DNA of 64,000 nucleotides from Octopus sinensis (taxonomy: Eukaryota), in contig NC_043008.1 of assembly GCF_006345805.1 (NCBI RefSeq), forward strand, positions 66,030,001-66,094,000. Reading direction: 5' to 3'. Each line of letters begins with the position of its first letter. Within the stretch, counting starts at the first letter, position 1. A program made the position numbers and the translations under genes. Of the stretch, positions 24,739 to 36,599 are shown piece after piece. The notes below the pieces were generated by a model, which made no database searches, had not been told where the DNA came from, and saw only the letters and a program-made list of their open reading frames with translations.

Positions 24739-24920
24739 GGAAGGCATGAGGCCTAGCGGTTGGGGCATTGCATTCATGAGAGCAAGATCGTGATTTCGAT
24801 TACCAGATAGGGCAGTGTATTGTGTTCTTGAGCAAAACACTTCATGTCACGTTGCTCTGCGATCGCTTTGACATGTGACCTGGGACGTTCTGTGCATCTG
24901 TACAGGCAATATTGATTTTT
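24739..24920 (+). mobile_element. tRNA-derived SINE family E
   Basis: GGAAGGCATGAGGCCTAGCGGTTGG...TTCGATTACC...TGTGTTCTTGAGCAAAACACTTCATGTCACGTTGCTC; homologous to the 37808, 42565, 53378 and 61479 copies. Confidence 0.75.
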
Positions 24921-25170
24921 ATGGAGAGAGTGCGCGCATGCACAGCACAGGAATTTGATCACTATAAATAAATCATCAGCGCTGGTTGTTCACAAAGGAA
25001 ATGCTGAACTCTCGTTTGTCGTGAGTCCGCCAAATGTGTGTGTGTGTGTGTGTTTGTTTGTGCGTGTACATCTCGACATACATGTGTTCGATTCAACGCA
25101 TTCTGACCGATCAAATTTGAGACCTAATTTTACAGTGTGTTCGTTAAATAATTAACAATAGGTTACGATA

Positions 25171-25487
25171 TTGTTGTTGTTGTTGTTTGTTCCTTCTCGA
25201 GCCATGTGTGGCTCATAAGGGCCGGTTTCCTGGTTTCCTTGGCGTATAGGTTCCCCACCTGGACGGGACGCCGGTCCGTCGCAGGTGGGCTGCAAGATGC
25301 AGGAGGAAAGAGTGAGAGAAAGTTGTGGCAAAAGAGTCAGCAGAAGTTTCGACATTACCTTCTGCCGGAGCCGCGTGGAGCTTAGGTGTTTCGCTCATAA
25401 ACACACACATTGCCCAGTCTGAGATTCGAACCCGTGATCCCTCGACCGCGAGTCCGCTGCTCTAACCACTAGACCATGTGCTTCCAC
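25171..25487 (-). mobile_element. SINE C, full length
   Basis: Highly similar to 3266-3578; (AAC)n tail. Confidence 0.9.
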
Positions 25488-25866
25488 AAGTTAGGATATT
25501 TAGAACTGCGAAATTAATTTATATGATAAATACAGGCATGAGTCAAACAACTTGATGTAATCACATCAAACACAAGAGAAAATATCTACTCAGCGCTGGG
25601 GACAGGAACTGTTTTTACAAACGGAAGTCATGACTTGCTTCGTCGCTAGGTTCAACAACCGATTCTCTTGAAACTGTATGAGAGTATTTTGAAAGTACAA
25701 CGATGCTACTGATTGGCCATAACTGCGAGCAACGAATCGGACGAAACAGAGGACGAAACATATTTTTGGACTTGCTAAACTCCTTATCAATTTTAAAATA
25801 TTTCCAGAGAAATCAGCTTTCAAATAAAAAGAAACTATATATGTATATATATATACATATATAGTT

Positions 25867-25907
<41 letters not shown>

Positions 25908-26863
25908 GTCTCGCTTTTATCCTTCGAAACGTAGAGTAGATGAAACCTTAGCGACTGAAGAAGGGGTTTTTTTCGTTGTGTTAATTGTCCTGTACTCCAT
26001 TTTTTGTTGTTTTTAAAAAAATGTCCTGTTCCTTTGGTTTGTGTCTATGTTTTCGTTTCTCTTTGTGTTCGACGTCCCTTTGGTGTCCTGTACTCATATA
26101 TGCGTGTATATGTACATGTAGAGGTAGGTACGTACATATATGTTTATATATATGCATATGTTTTATTTCATTTATTAATATATATATATATATATATATA
26201 TATTATACAGGCACACATACATTATTAAGTGCCAGGCCGAGTGGGGTTTTTTTATACGTTTTTGCTGGTTTGCCTATCTTTGTCATGCCAAAGAAATATA
26301 CATAAATAAAGCTTCGGTGGTTCTGATGGGAAAGAAGCATTATTAAAAAAGAGGTAGATAAGATACATAGACACGGAAGAGATTGACGGGAATGAAGAGA
26401 ACAAGCTATCAGCAACACAAAACTAAGGCAATCAGATTTCTAAGAAGGATGGAAGAAAAAGTGAGAGAAAGAGACATAGCACGAGTAAGTGGTGAGAGGG
26501 GGAAAGACATTTAAAGATCTGGGGAAATTAGAGAGATAAAGTGGTAAAGTAACAGGAGTATAGATTGTGAGCGAATAAAAGAGATAATATGAGATTGAGA
26601 AATTCGTGTGTGGCATTGAAGTGTGCGTGCACAGAATGCAAATCATTGAAAAATATAGAGAACTGAGGAGAGTTTTTTTTGTGTTTTACGATATATGTTT
26701 TTTTAGATTTACTATATTAACAATCAATAATATTTACAACTGAGTAAATAATAATATTTAAATGAAACCAAAAGATAAGGGAAAGGAAGGAAGAAAAAGA
26801 AAAAAAAAAAGAAAATTTCGTTCCGGAAAGTCTTGCAAGTCTTTCGATTTTCTGTAATTCAAA

Positions 26864-27215
26864 CCTCCACATGGTCCCAGCTAACAAAATGAAAAAGGCG
26901 TTGCTACGGACGTTGGTGTGAGAGATGCGCTGGAACAGCCACTCTGACTCACTTGCGGATAGCCATCTTCACCCCGATGGCGGTGAGCAGAGATATGGTC
27001 CGGGGGCTGAGAGCGTCGGATGTCTCCACTGCCACAAGCTCGACCATAAACCTGTCAGAAAGCGACCGATACTTTGACAGCTTGCCTTTCTCAGTCTGAC
27101 GAGCAGTGGCGCTTGGGCTGGTAGCTGGACACCACCAAGTCGCCGCTGGAGAAGGCATCAGCGGCATGGAGGATCCTAGATGAGGTACCTACAACCACAG
27201 AACGGGAAAAGAGAA
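26864..27215 (-). mobile_element. CRE-like non-LTR retrotransposon 3' fragment (RLE domain)
   Basis: Across frameshifts: FPFCGCRYLI*DPPC / ADAFSSGDLVVS / SATARQTEKGKLSKYRSLSDRFMVELVAVETSDALSPRTISLLTAIGVKMAIR / ESEWLFQRISHTNVRSNAFFILLAG. Matches the WDATC...KY...AVET...FQRIS...RGNA pattern of CRE elements. Confidence 0.8.
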
Positions 27216-27309
27216 AAAAGGACTTCAACTAATATAAATGAAGAAGAAAAAAACATTAAATTATGTGAGTTGGTGAAGAAGAGTAACGCAATAAGTGCGC
27301 ATGAGTAAA

Positions 27310-27795
27310 GAAGGGACGATGTCGTCGGCACCCACTCGTGTCCGAGTTTGGTTCATCTGGTGCCCCCATGAAATTTAATCCTGACACGGCTCAGAAGGTC
27401 GGCTGGTGGTCTTGGCCGGAGTTGCCGGGTCTTACGTTGCCTTCACTTTGCTTCTTCTTCAGTCTCTCTCCTCTTCTCAAAAGTAGAATAGCCGAAATGA
27501 ATTGCTCTTCGCTGGGTTGGCCGGTCGGTGGCTTCTGTTTTTCAGGTGTTAGGGATGAGGCCGGCATGAAGGATGGAAAACTTCAGTTGGTTTTTGAATC
27601 TGCATTTTGGGGCTCCTCAATGTCGTTTGCTATTGACGAGCTCGCTGTGGAGGATGGTTCGCGGAATTCTTGAAGGGGCCATTCGGCTGACGTTGTCTTG
27701 ACCACCCGAGGCGATGCTTGAGGATGGTAACTTCATTACTTGGCATTTCTGAGCGAATGAGGATTTCGTTGTTGGTGCGTCAGTCATGCCATCTT
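27310..27795 (-). mobile_element. RTE-clade LINE 3' fragment
   Basis: RWHD..TNNEILIRSEMPS..VTILKHRLGW / VSRMAPSRIPRTILHSELVNSKRH*GAPKCRFKNQLK...TDRPTQRRAIHFG.STFEKRR. Confidence 0.9.
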
Positions 27796-27796
27796 T

Positions 27797-27893
27797 TTAT
27801 TTGTTTCAGTCGTGATGGGTTTTTTAGTCGAACAAATCGACCCCAGAACTTATTTTTTAAATCCTAGGACTTATTCTATTGTTCTCTTATATA
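27797..27893 (-). mobile_element. SINE A tail fragment
   Basis: tttgtttcagtcg...ttagtcgaacaaatcgacccc...acttattctatt. Confidence 0.7.
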
Positions 27894-28095
27894 TATGTGT
27901 ATGTACACACAAACACACACACACACACTTCTGTCAAGGAATTGTCGTTTGTCGCTAAACCATTTGACGGTATAGCACTTGAAAAATATTCGGTGGAGTA
28001 TTACCTGAAGAAAAGTCAGTTTGTAAAAAATACGAACATGGATAATATTCATTATTTACATTCGACGGATATTTGTCCTCATCTTGTTTGTTGTT

Positions 28096-28141
28096 AACAC
28101 AACTTTTCGGCCGATATACACTTCAGCCTTCATCAGGTGTC
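28096..28141 (-). ncRNA. Candidate minimal type-I hammerhead ribozyme (stem III substitution)
   Basis: GACAC-CTGATGA-A-GGCTG-aagtgtatat-CGGCC-GAAA-AGTT-GTGTT; stems I and II pair, and GAAAAGTT differs from the GAAACGTT seen at 45824. Confidence 0.6.
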
Positions 28142-28289
28142 TTGGGGAAATTTCGAACCTGGGTTCTCATTCTTAAGGTATTTTCCGAATGTAAATAATG
28201 TCGAAAGTAAATAATGTAAATAATGCACATAATTCCTCATCTCTTAAATATAGAACTGTATGCATAATATTGGTTTTAAATTTTAGAAT

Positions 28290-28472
28290 AAGGCCAGCAA
28301 GCTCGTGGTAGAGGATATGTCGACAGCATCGACTTCAGTGCTCAGCTAGCACTTATTTTATCGACTCCGAAAAGATAAAAACCAAAGACGACTTCGGTGG
28401 AATTTGAAAGCAAAACCTAAGGCGGACGGAATGCCGCTGGCATTTTGGCCGGCGTGCTAACGATTCTGCAAG
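28290..28472 (-). mobile_element. SINE B
   Basis: Family B core; directly abuts the tail of the SINE A at 28481. Confidence 0.8.
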
Positions 28473-28480
28473 AGAACATA

Positions 28481-28715
28481 CTCTTACTCTTTACTCTTTT
28501 ACTTGTTTCAGTCATTTGACTGCGGCCATGCTGGAGCACCGCCTTTAGTCGAGCAAATCGACCCCGGGACTTATTCTTTGTAAGCCCAATACTTATTCTA
28601 TCGGTCTCTTTTGCCGAACCGCTAAGTGACGGGGACGTAAACACACCAGCATTGGTTGTCAAGCAATGCTAGGGGACAAACCAGACACATAAACACAACA
28701 CACACACACACACAC

Positions 28716-28770
<55 letters not shown>

Positions 28771-28922
28771 GACAGGCTTCTTTCAGTTTCCGTCTACCAA
28801 ATCCACTCACAAGGCATTGGTCGGCCCGGGGCTATAGCAGAAGACACTTGCCCAAGGTGCCACGCAGTGGGACTGAACCCGCAACAATGTGGTTGGTTAG
28901 TAAGCTACTTACCACACACCCA
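28481..28922 (-). mobile_element. SINE A, full length
   Basis: Complete body with (AAAGAGT)n tail; shares diagnostic variants with the 46138 copy. Confidence 0.9.
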
Positions 28923-29104
28923 CTTCTGCGCCAATACACACACCTATGTGTGTATATATATCATCCATTAAAATACGCAACTGTTATTGTATTTTTAATT
29001 AATATGCTATCAAAACACATATAGTGGTACCCTGAAACATCCATTCATTTTATTTTTGTTTACACACACACACACACACACACACATACTTATATATATA
29101 TATT

Positions 29105-29289
29105 CTTTTATTCTTTTTCTTATTTCAGACATATGACGGCGGCCATGCTGGAGCACCGCCTTAAAGGCTTTGGTCGGACCGAGGCTATAGTAGAAGACAC
29201 TTGCTCAAGGTGCCACGCAATGGGACGAAACCCGGAACCATGTGGTTGAGAAGCAACCTTCTTACCACACAGCCACGTCTGCACCTATA
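29105..29289 (-). mobile_element. Internally deleted SINE A
   Basis: Tail joined to head at the AAGGC junction (caccgccttaaaggc|tttggtcgg). Confidence 0.8.
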
Positions 29290-29479
29290 CGCATGTACAA
29301 ACACACATACAAATATGTATATATGTGTATGTGTGTATGTGTGTATGTGCGTGTGTGTGCGTGTGTGTGTGTGCGTGTGTGTGTATACGTTCACACACAC
29401 ACATACACACACTTCCCGTTCCCTTTATTCCTTTTCTTTTGACTTTTCTTTTACGCCTTTACTCCCTCCTCTCCCTCTT

Positions 29480-29515
<36 letters not shown>

Positions 29516-29904
29516 CCCCTAGATTTATATTTTACTTTTCTCCACCACCACCCCCATCTCCGACCGAACTCACTATTCCACGCCATCTCACATTACCGCA
29601 CCATACCACCCCACCATCCCGTGTTACCCCTCTTGCCACAACGACTTCCCACTCCAACGCCACCGCGATACCATCTCACCACTTCCCCTCTTCCGACCAT
29701 TCCGCCATCATACCACACAGTACGGCTCCAATCTCACTACCTCGCTACACCACCACTACCACCACCACCACTTCGTACATCTTACATCTCTATTTCGCAG
29801 TTTCAGTTCGGAAAAGAAAATGTAAAAAAAAATTAAATAAAAAAACTAAAGGGAAATTTAATGATATATTTAAAAGAAATAATAGTCAAAAGTTGGGAAG
29901 GTGG

Positions 29905-30250
29905 GAGGAAGGAAAGAAGAAGAAGAAGAAGAAGAAGAAAAAGAAGAAGAAGAAGAAGAAGAAGAAGAAGAGGAGGAGGAGGAGGAGGAGGAGGAAGAAG
30001 AAGAAGAAAAAGAAGAAAAAGAAGAAGACGAAGAAGATGAGGAGGACGAGGAGGAGGAGGAAGAAGAAGGAGAAGAAGAAGAAGAAGAAGAAGAGGCGAA
30101 GGAGGAGGAGGAGGAAGAAGAAGAAGAAGAAGAAGGAGAAGAAGAAGAAGAAGAAGAAGAAGAAGAGGCGGAGGAGGAGGAAGAAGAAGAAGGAGAAGAA
30201 GAAGAAGAAGAAGAAAAGAAAGAAAGACAGAAGAAAGAAAAACAACAAAA
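29905..30250. repeat. (GAA)n/(GAG)n polypurine tract
   Basis: About 340 bp nearly all G/A; source of the poly-E/K/R/F/L pseudo-ORFs. Confidence 0.95.
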
Positions 30251-30416
30251 ACTAGCACTTACATATCACAATACATACAAATGCATATACACAATGGCAT
30301 ACACGTAGACGCACGTACACAGACACATAAATACACACATGCTTACATACACATTCGTGGATTCGCGCACACACACACATATATGCATGAAAGCTATATA
30401 TATATATATATATATA

Positions 30417-31661
30417 CAGAGTGCGTAAGATATTTGAGGAGAGAATTATGTTTATAAAAAAAACATATATAATAACAAATATTAACTTTATTTATCAAAA
30501 AATGCTATGAGGATAAAAATAAACCCTTTCTATAATACTATTCAATAAAGACACCTTCGGCCTCAACAATTGCTTCTATATGAGATCTAAATCATCTATA
30601 TGGTCGAATCAAGTGGTCCTGGTTCATTTTGGTTTATTTAGGATAATACTCTGACAATGGCAGCTTTCAAAAATCTTTGGTGTTATGGGCGTGTTCATTG
30701 ACCGCTCTCTCAACAACGCTCCACATGTAATAGTCCAATGGCTTGAGATCTGTGGAATTAGGAGGCCAAATGTCAGGGGTTATGTGATCATGAAAATTTT
30801 CAGCTATCCATTCCTGTGTTACTAGAGCCATGTGTGATAAGGCAGAGTCTTACTGAAATACATACGGCCTTCCATTGCATGCACTGTCTATCCAGGGCCT
30901 AACAGTTATTTCCAGAACCCTCAATGTATGTGGTAGAGTTAACTTTAAGCCCTAGTGGAAAGAAGTAAGGAGGCATCACATGTCCTTCATTGCTGACAGC
31001 TCCTAAAACCATGCAAGAAATTTTGTATGCACAACACTTGGAACTTTAGAAGGGTCTGCACATAGCCATCTGTCATTTCGTTAACTTTTTGATCTTGGTC
31101 GACGTTTTTCTCGTTTGAGAAAAACCAAATGAAATATTCTTCTGCTGAATTTTTCAGTTTGTTTAAGAGCCTTTTAGATCTGATGTAGTGATTTCCTTTT
31201 GCTTTTTCTGACAAATTGACCTTTCCTCATCATATAAGACTTATAGCTGATGTTTTCTTGGACAACATTTCTGATTGTTCCTTCTGACACATGGAGATCT
31301 TTTGCAATTGAACTCATGGACTTTTTGGGATTGCAATCAATGGTGTTGAAATTGCTGGATAAATTCATACGTTCTGATGATTTCAGAGCATTTAGAATGC
31401 TTTTTATGGTTTGATACTAGTGATACATTTTCATCTTCATTGAGACTTTGTAGATGAAAAGTCTGACAACTTTTAAAAGTTGAGATATTTCTAAATCGCT
31501 ATGCTCAGCCTTTATAACCACAATAACAGTGTGCCTCTTCCTTTCTTGAGTAAGCTGAAGATCTGCCATTATCAGTTTCTGAAACAAAGGTTATATAGAG
31601 TTAGCAACAAATACAGCAATGACCCAAATAAGGTATGTCCTCAAATACCTTACGCACCCCG
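30417..31661 (-). mobile_element. maT (DD37D) Tc1/mariner transposon, near full length, inactivated
   Basis: TIRs CAGAGTGCGTAAGATATTTGAGGA and TCCTCAAATACCTTACGCACCCCG. Transposase relic WFFSNEKNVDQDQKVN...DRWLCADP...NEGHVMPPYFFP...DSALSH...WPPNSTDLKPLDYYMWS with 37 residues between the 2nd and 3rd Asp; stops and frameshifts. Confidence 0.9.
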
Positions 31662-31663
31662 CA

Positions 31664-31696
<33 letters not shown>

Positions 31697-31881
31697 GGAT
31701 GGATGGATGTATATATTTATGTATGTATGTATTTATGTTTGTATGTACACCTTCGTCTTTTGTTTATTTTCATAAAGCTTCCCGTTATGTATGTATGTAT
31801 GTATTTATATATATACATATATATGTATGTATGTATATATATATAGATATTAATATATATATATATATATATATTATATAT

Positions 31882-32250
31882 AGGCGCAGGTATGGTTGTG
31901 TGGTAAAAAGCTTGCTTCCAACAAACAGGGTTCTGGTTTCAGCCTCACTGCGAGGTATCTTGGGCAAGTTTCTTCTACTATAGCCTCGCGCCGAGTGAGT
32001 GGATTAGGATACTAAAAGAAGCCTGACGTATATGTGGGTGTTTGCGTCTGCGTTTGCCCACCACCACCGGTGGTGTTGGTGTTTGTGTGTTTACGTTCCC
32101 GTCACTTAGCAGCTCAGCATTCGGAAAATGAGATCTATAGAATAAGAACTAGTCATTAAAAATTGGTTCGGTTCATTCGACAAAAAGTTCTTCAAGGCGG
32201 TGCACAAGCATGGCCGCATTTTAATGACTGCAACAAGTAAAATTCAAAAG
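31882..32250 (+). mobile_element. SINE A (diverged)
   Basis: GGCGCAGGTATGGTTGTGTGGTAAAAAGCTTGC...CAAGCATGGCCGC...ATGACTGCAACAAGTAAAA. Confidence 0.8.
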
Positions 32251-32264
32251 TTATATATATATAT

Positions 32265-32656
32265 ACTAGCAGTATCGCCCGACGTTGCTCGGGTTTGTAA
32301 GGGAAAATAATATATAAGCATTTTTAGAGAGTTATAGCAAAAAAATAGCAAAAATTGCATTAAAAATGGAAAAAAAATTATGGTAATTTTTTTTAAATCG
32401 TTGACTCATCGTAGGGACATTTAGAGAGTTACTTCCCTTATAATAACGAAAAAAAATGCATTAAAATGGAAAAAATTATGGTAATTTTTTTTAAATCGTA
32501 GACTTATCATAGACGCGCGCTAATACCGAGAAGGGCTCGATATGAATCATGACTATAAGATACCCGATTTCGGTTAAACTGCACCGCAAAATGTGGGAGT
32601 AGTAGTTAGGAATCTAAATCGTAGGAGACAGACACAAACTTCACTTTTATATATAA

Positions 32657-32658
<2 letters not shown>
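32265..32658 (+). mobile_element. Non-autonomous Helitron/HINE-like element
   Basis: 5' ACTAGCAGTATCGCCCGACGTTGCTCGGG hairpin; 3' AGACAGACACAAACTTCACTTTTATATATAAAT; internal ~100-bp-spaced duplication. Confidence 0.65.
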
Positions 32659-32687
<29 letters not shown>

Positions 32688-33183
32688 TAATATATATATA
32701 TATATATAAGACACAAAAAAAAAACTGAACAAAACACAAAAATAAGAACAAGAGTAAGAGCGAAAATAAAATACCAATATATTTCAATCGAATGCAAAAG
32801 AAAAAAATTAATATATATTTTTGTAAGTCGGAAATGACGGAAAAAAACGACAGACAATAAAGTTAATAATTTACTAACGGAGAAGGAAAGAAGGGAGAAT
32901 ATTAACCCGTGTTTAACGCCCTTTGCCTGTCACTTGCCACCAACATCATCATCATCACTATCATAATGTAAACGTTTGACATGCTAAAAATGACAGCCAA
33001 ATCTGCAACGTCTTACTGTCTTGAAAGGAAAATAAAGGAAGTTCTTGACGGGAATGTCATGACGAGAATGTCATGACGGGAACTTCTTGCGTTAATCTAA
33101 GTCGATTAGGTGCTAAAAACAATAACACTAATAACCAATTCCACCGCCATTTCCTCCACCTCTCTGTCTCACTTTTTATCTTC

Positions 33184-33216
<33 letters not shown>

Positions 33217-33391
33217 TTCTCATTTCTCTCTTTCTCTATCACACATATCCACAATCTCGGCCATCATTATATTTATACTCTTTCTCTACAACTGCAACTG
33301 ACACCTGAGTCATTTCCTTTTTTCTCTCACACAACATGCATTCTCTCTCTTTTTCTTTCTTTCTTTCTTTTTTTCTTTCTTTCTTTCTCTC

Positions 33392-33444
<53 letters not shown>

Positions 33445-33673
33445 AATATATATATCTGTGTGTATATATATTTATATATGTATATCTATATATAGGTATA
33501 TATATAGGTATATATGTATGTATATCTATATATATATATATATATATATTAGATAATAGATAGATAGATAGATGATAGATAGATAGATAGATAGATTAGA
33601 TAGATAGATATATATATATAGATATATATATAATATAATATATATATCTATATATATGTATATCTATATATAT

Positions 33674-33753
<80 letters not shown>

Positions 33754-34027
33754 GGATACACACCACACACATACACACACTCACGTTTGGTCAACAGAAT
33801 GAGCTATACTGTTTCATTGCAAATATTGTGTTTTTGCGGCCGGAAGAATGAAGATACTAAATAAACTCGAAAACCTTCTAAAATCAGAACGAATTAAAGA
33901 TGAGACTAAGTACCACGCCCTATCATCCGTGCCATGTCTGATTGTGTAATTAAAACGTTCAGCCGTCTCTAATTCTGTTTATATACTTGTATAATTTTTA
34001 AAAAATTTTATTTTCGTCTTCAAATTA

Positions 34028-34893
34028 TTGTGTTGAGTCAAATGTTTTGCAATATTTTGCTTTTTTGCACTATTCGTCAAACTATAACAAAAAAACAGCG
34101 TACCATTCAAGGTAGTGGCCATCCTGTTGCACCGTCTGAAGTCACCTTTTTTTTGCCAGTTCTTTGATCCCACTCTGGTACCAGTTTTTGTCCTTTGAGT
34201 TATTGTCCTTTGAAGAACTCTTCACTGAAGCTTCCACCTCCTCTTGGTTGATGAAGGGTCGCGAGCGCAAATCGTAATGTGCATCAACAGTGTTTGAGCA
34301 AGGGCCAGCTTCCGGAACCTGTCACCAAACATGGAGTTTGAACACAAGGTGATTCTCTGCGTCTGGTGGAAGTACGAGGAGATAATTCACTACGAGTTTG
34401 TTCCGGACGGTCGATCTATCAATGCTAACCTATAATCCGAACGACTGGAACGGATATATGCCATTGTGCGGCAAAAATATCCGGCATTGGTTAATTGAAA
34501 GTGAGCTCTTCTGCAGCAAGACAACGCAAGACCACATACTGCTCGAACGAGCCGGAATAAGCTCCAAGAACTTGAGGATATCGAACTGATACCATATCCA
34601 GCATATAGTCTGGACCTAGCTCCCTTGGATTATAACTTGTTCCGATCCAAGACTTACTTCCTGCACTCGTGAGGCTTCTTCAATCAACAGGAGATGAAAG
34701 CTTCAGGGAAGGAGTTCTTCACCTCGAAGGACAAGAACTGATATCAGAGTAGATTTAAAGAACTGGGCGAAAGGTGGTTTCAGACGGTGTAGCACAACGG
34801 ATTTTACCTTGAATGCTAGGCTGTTTTTGTTGTAACTTGTCGAATAAATACAATAAGCTGACAAAATATTGGCAAACTTTTCACTCAATACAA
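34028..34893. mobile_element. Mariner derivative with two right ends in inverted orientation
   Basis: + strand 34346-34819 KVILCVWW...QQDNARPHT...YSLDLAPLDY...FFTSKDKN*YQ...ERWFQTV. - strand 34028-34265 carries a second copy of the C-terminus plus TIR. TIRs TTGTGTTGAGTC / CACTCAATACAA, TA on both sides. Confidence 0.9.
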
Positions 34894-36599
34894 TACAACT
34901 CTATTGACACGGATGTATGGCAACATTTCGCCTCGATTTTGCTCTGAATGTATTGAGCTGAAGTCAGTTGATCCACTTTCTTATCACACTGTAGTTATTT
35001 TTTAGCTTGCAGCACAATTCGATTACTTATTTCTTGCTCTCTGACTAGAAATTGGTAATTGCCAGTGAATGAATTGTCCACAATAATTTGCTCTTCTCTA
35101 TCGAGTGGAATTTAATTTTCTAAGCAAAATGTATATGAAAATTGGTATAAGTTCAAACAATTTATTTTCATGTATTCAGATGTCATTCCCGGTTTCTGCC
35201 TAAACGAAAGCAATTTGGCAATCACTTACCAGCTTTAGATTTACTAAACTAACATCTGACAAGATGAGAGTTTGGAAACAATAAGTTTCTGACATGTTGG
35301 TTGGCTTCTATTTTACCTTTGTCACAGCCAGAAAATAACTTCGTGATTGTTAAACTTTATAAATCTGCTTATTTCTTGACGCCAATAGAATATGCTCGCC
35401 AAAATATAATATATTCAACTTCGCCAAATATCTGTACCCTGGTAAAAAAAAAAGTTTCTGTACATGTTCTTTCGTTAGTTATAATAACATCACCCTCCCC
35501 ACACATATCCACAAACCAGGGCTAATTAATTCATTTCATAATTACTTTACTTCTTAAAAGTTCTACCTGATCTGTATTATTCCTTGAACTTCCTCGTCAT
35601 ACGAATAAATGTTTGTAGAATCTTCTCTTTTTTCGTTTTTTTTAAAATGCCGTTCGGGATATTAAATGTGTTTCACATTCGTTTGACTACTCAAAGTCCA
35701 ATGGATCACACGAAATTCAACATGTATGTTGTGATTGCTGCAGTTCACTGTCCATTCTTTTGTGCTTCCTCTTCTACCAATGAAGAGATAATTCTGGCTG
35801 AATAGAAGTCTGCCATAGCACATCTGATTCAATTAGCTTCGTGTTCCTACCCTACGATCTCAACCACTTCAAACGTTGGTAAATTGCGAGAACAGTTAGC
35901 CAAAGAGAATATTTTAAATGTTCTATAATAAAACAATTTGATTTCTTCTATTCAGTGTTGATTTTTACCTCATTTCCCAATGACAGACAAACTCAGCTTG
36001 TTTATTCACCAACGTTGTCTCATCTTGAAAACATAAATTCTTTTTCTAGATTTAGTTGCCCATTCCTACATACAGCTATTAAGAAAGAGCTTCCAGCACA
36101 AAGAACTTAAAAGCTTCGAATCGGTGGTGCGTTCTCTGAAACAGTTTAATGTATACTAACGATGCTATGTTTATTACCAGAGATTCCTCTTTGAGTGTAA
36201 TCACTCAGAAATAGGATTAGGATTTATATAGTAATCACAGAGTGGGCTTCTAAATGGAAGCGTGCACTCTAAAAACTATTAGTTTATTCCCTTCTAAATC
36301 AGGTGAAAAATCATCAAACACAACGCCTCCTTATTTTTCTAAACAAATTAGAATTTGTGATTTTCGGGCATTTTACTGCTAAGTTGATCGTTGCATGGAA
36401 TTATAATGCAAAATAATTTCATCCAACCTCCTTTCACTAGCTGTTTCTAAATTTAGAGCAGTTTCTTTGTGGTGTTGTAAAACTTTATAAAGCATCAATA
36501 TAGTAACGATGGCCATATGCTAGGCGGGAATTTCCACGAATAGAACAGAAGTAGAATGATATGACTATCGTTGAATTTTAAGGCAATAAGGTCTTTTTT

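Larger units (their letters stand above)
24030..25800 (+). repeat. Old repeat block, copy 2, interrupted by SINE E and SINE C
   Basis: Collinear with 20620-21760 once the inserted SINEs are removed. Confidence 0.65.

Noticed and set aside
26949-27189. Host-gene exon interpretation of the 72-aa ORF
   Set aside because: Flanking frames continue CRE-type RLE motifs, so it is annotated as a retroelement relic.
29893-30308. Poly-Glu / poly-Lys-Arg ORFs resembling acidic or basic protein tails
   Set aside because: Open in several frames on both strands because (GAA/GAG)n lacks stops; no splice context or unique flanking coding sequence.
35225-35260. Possible 26-nt minus-strand micro-exon with GTAAGT donor
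   Set aside because: Such signals occur by chance in AT-rich DNA, and no partner exons were identified.
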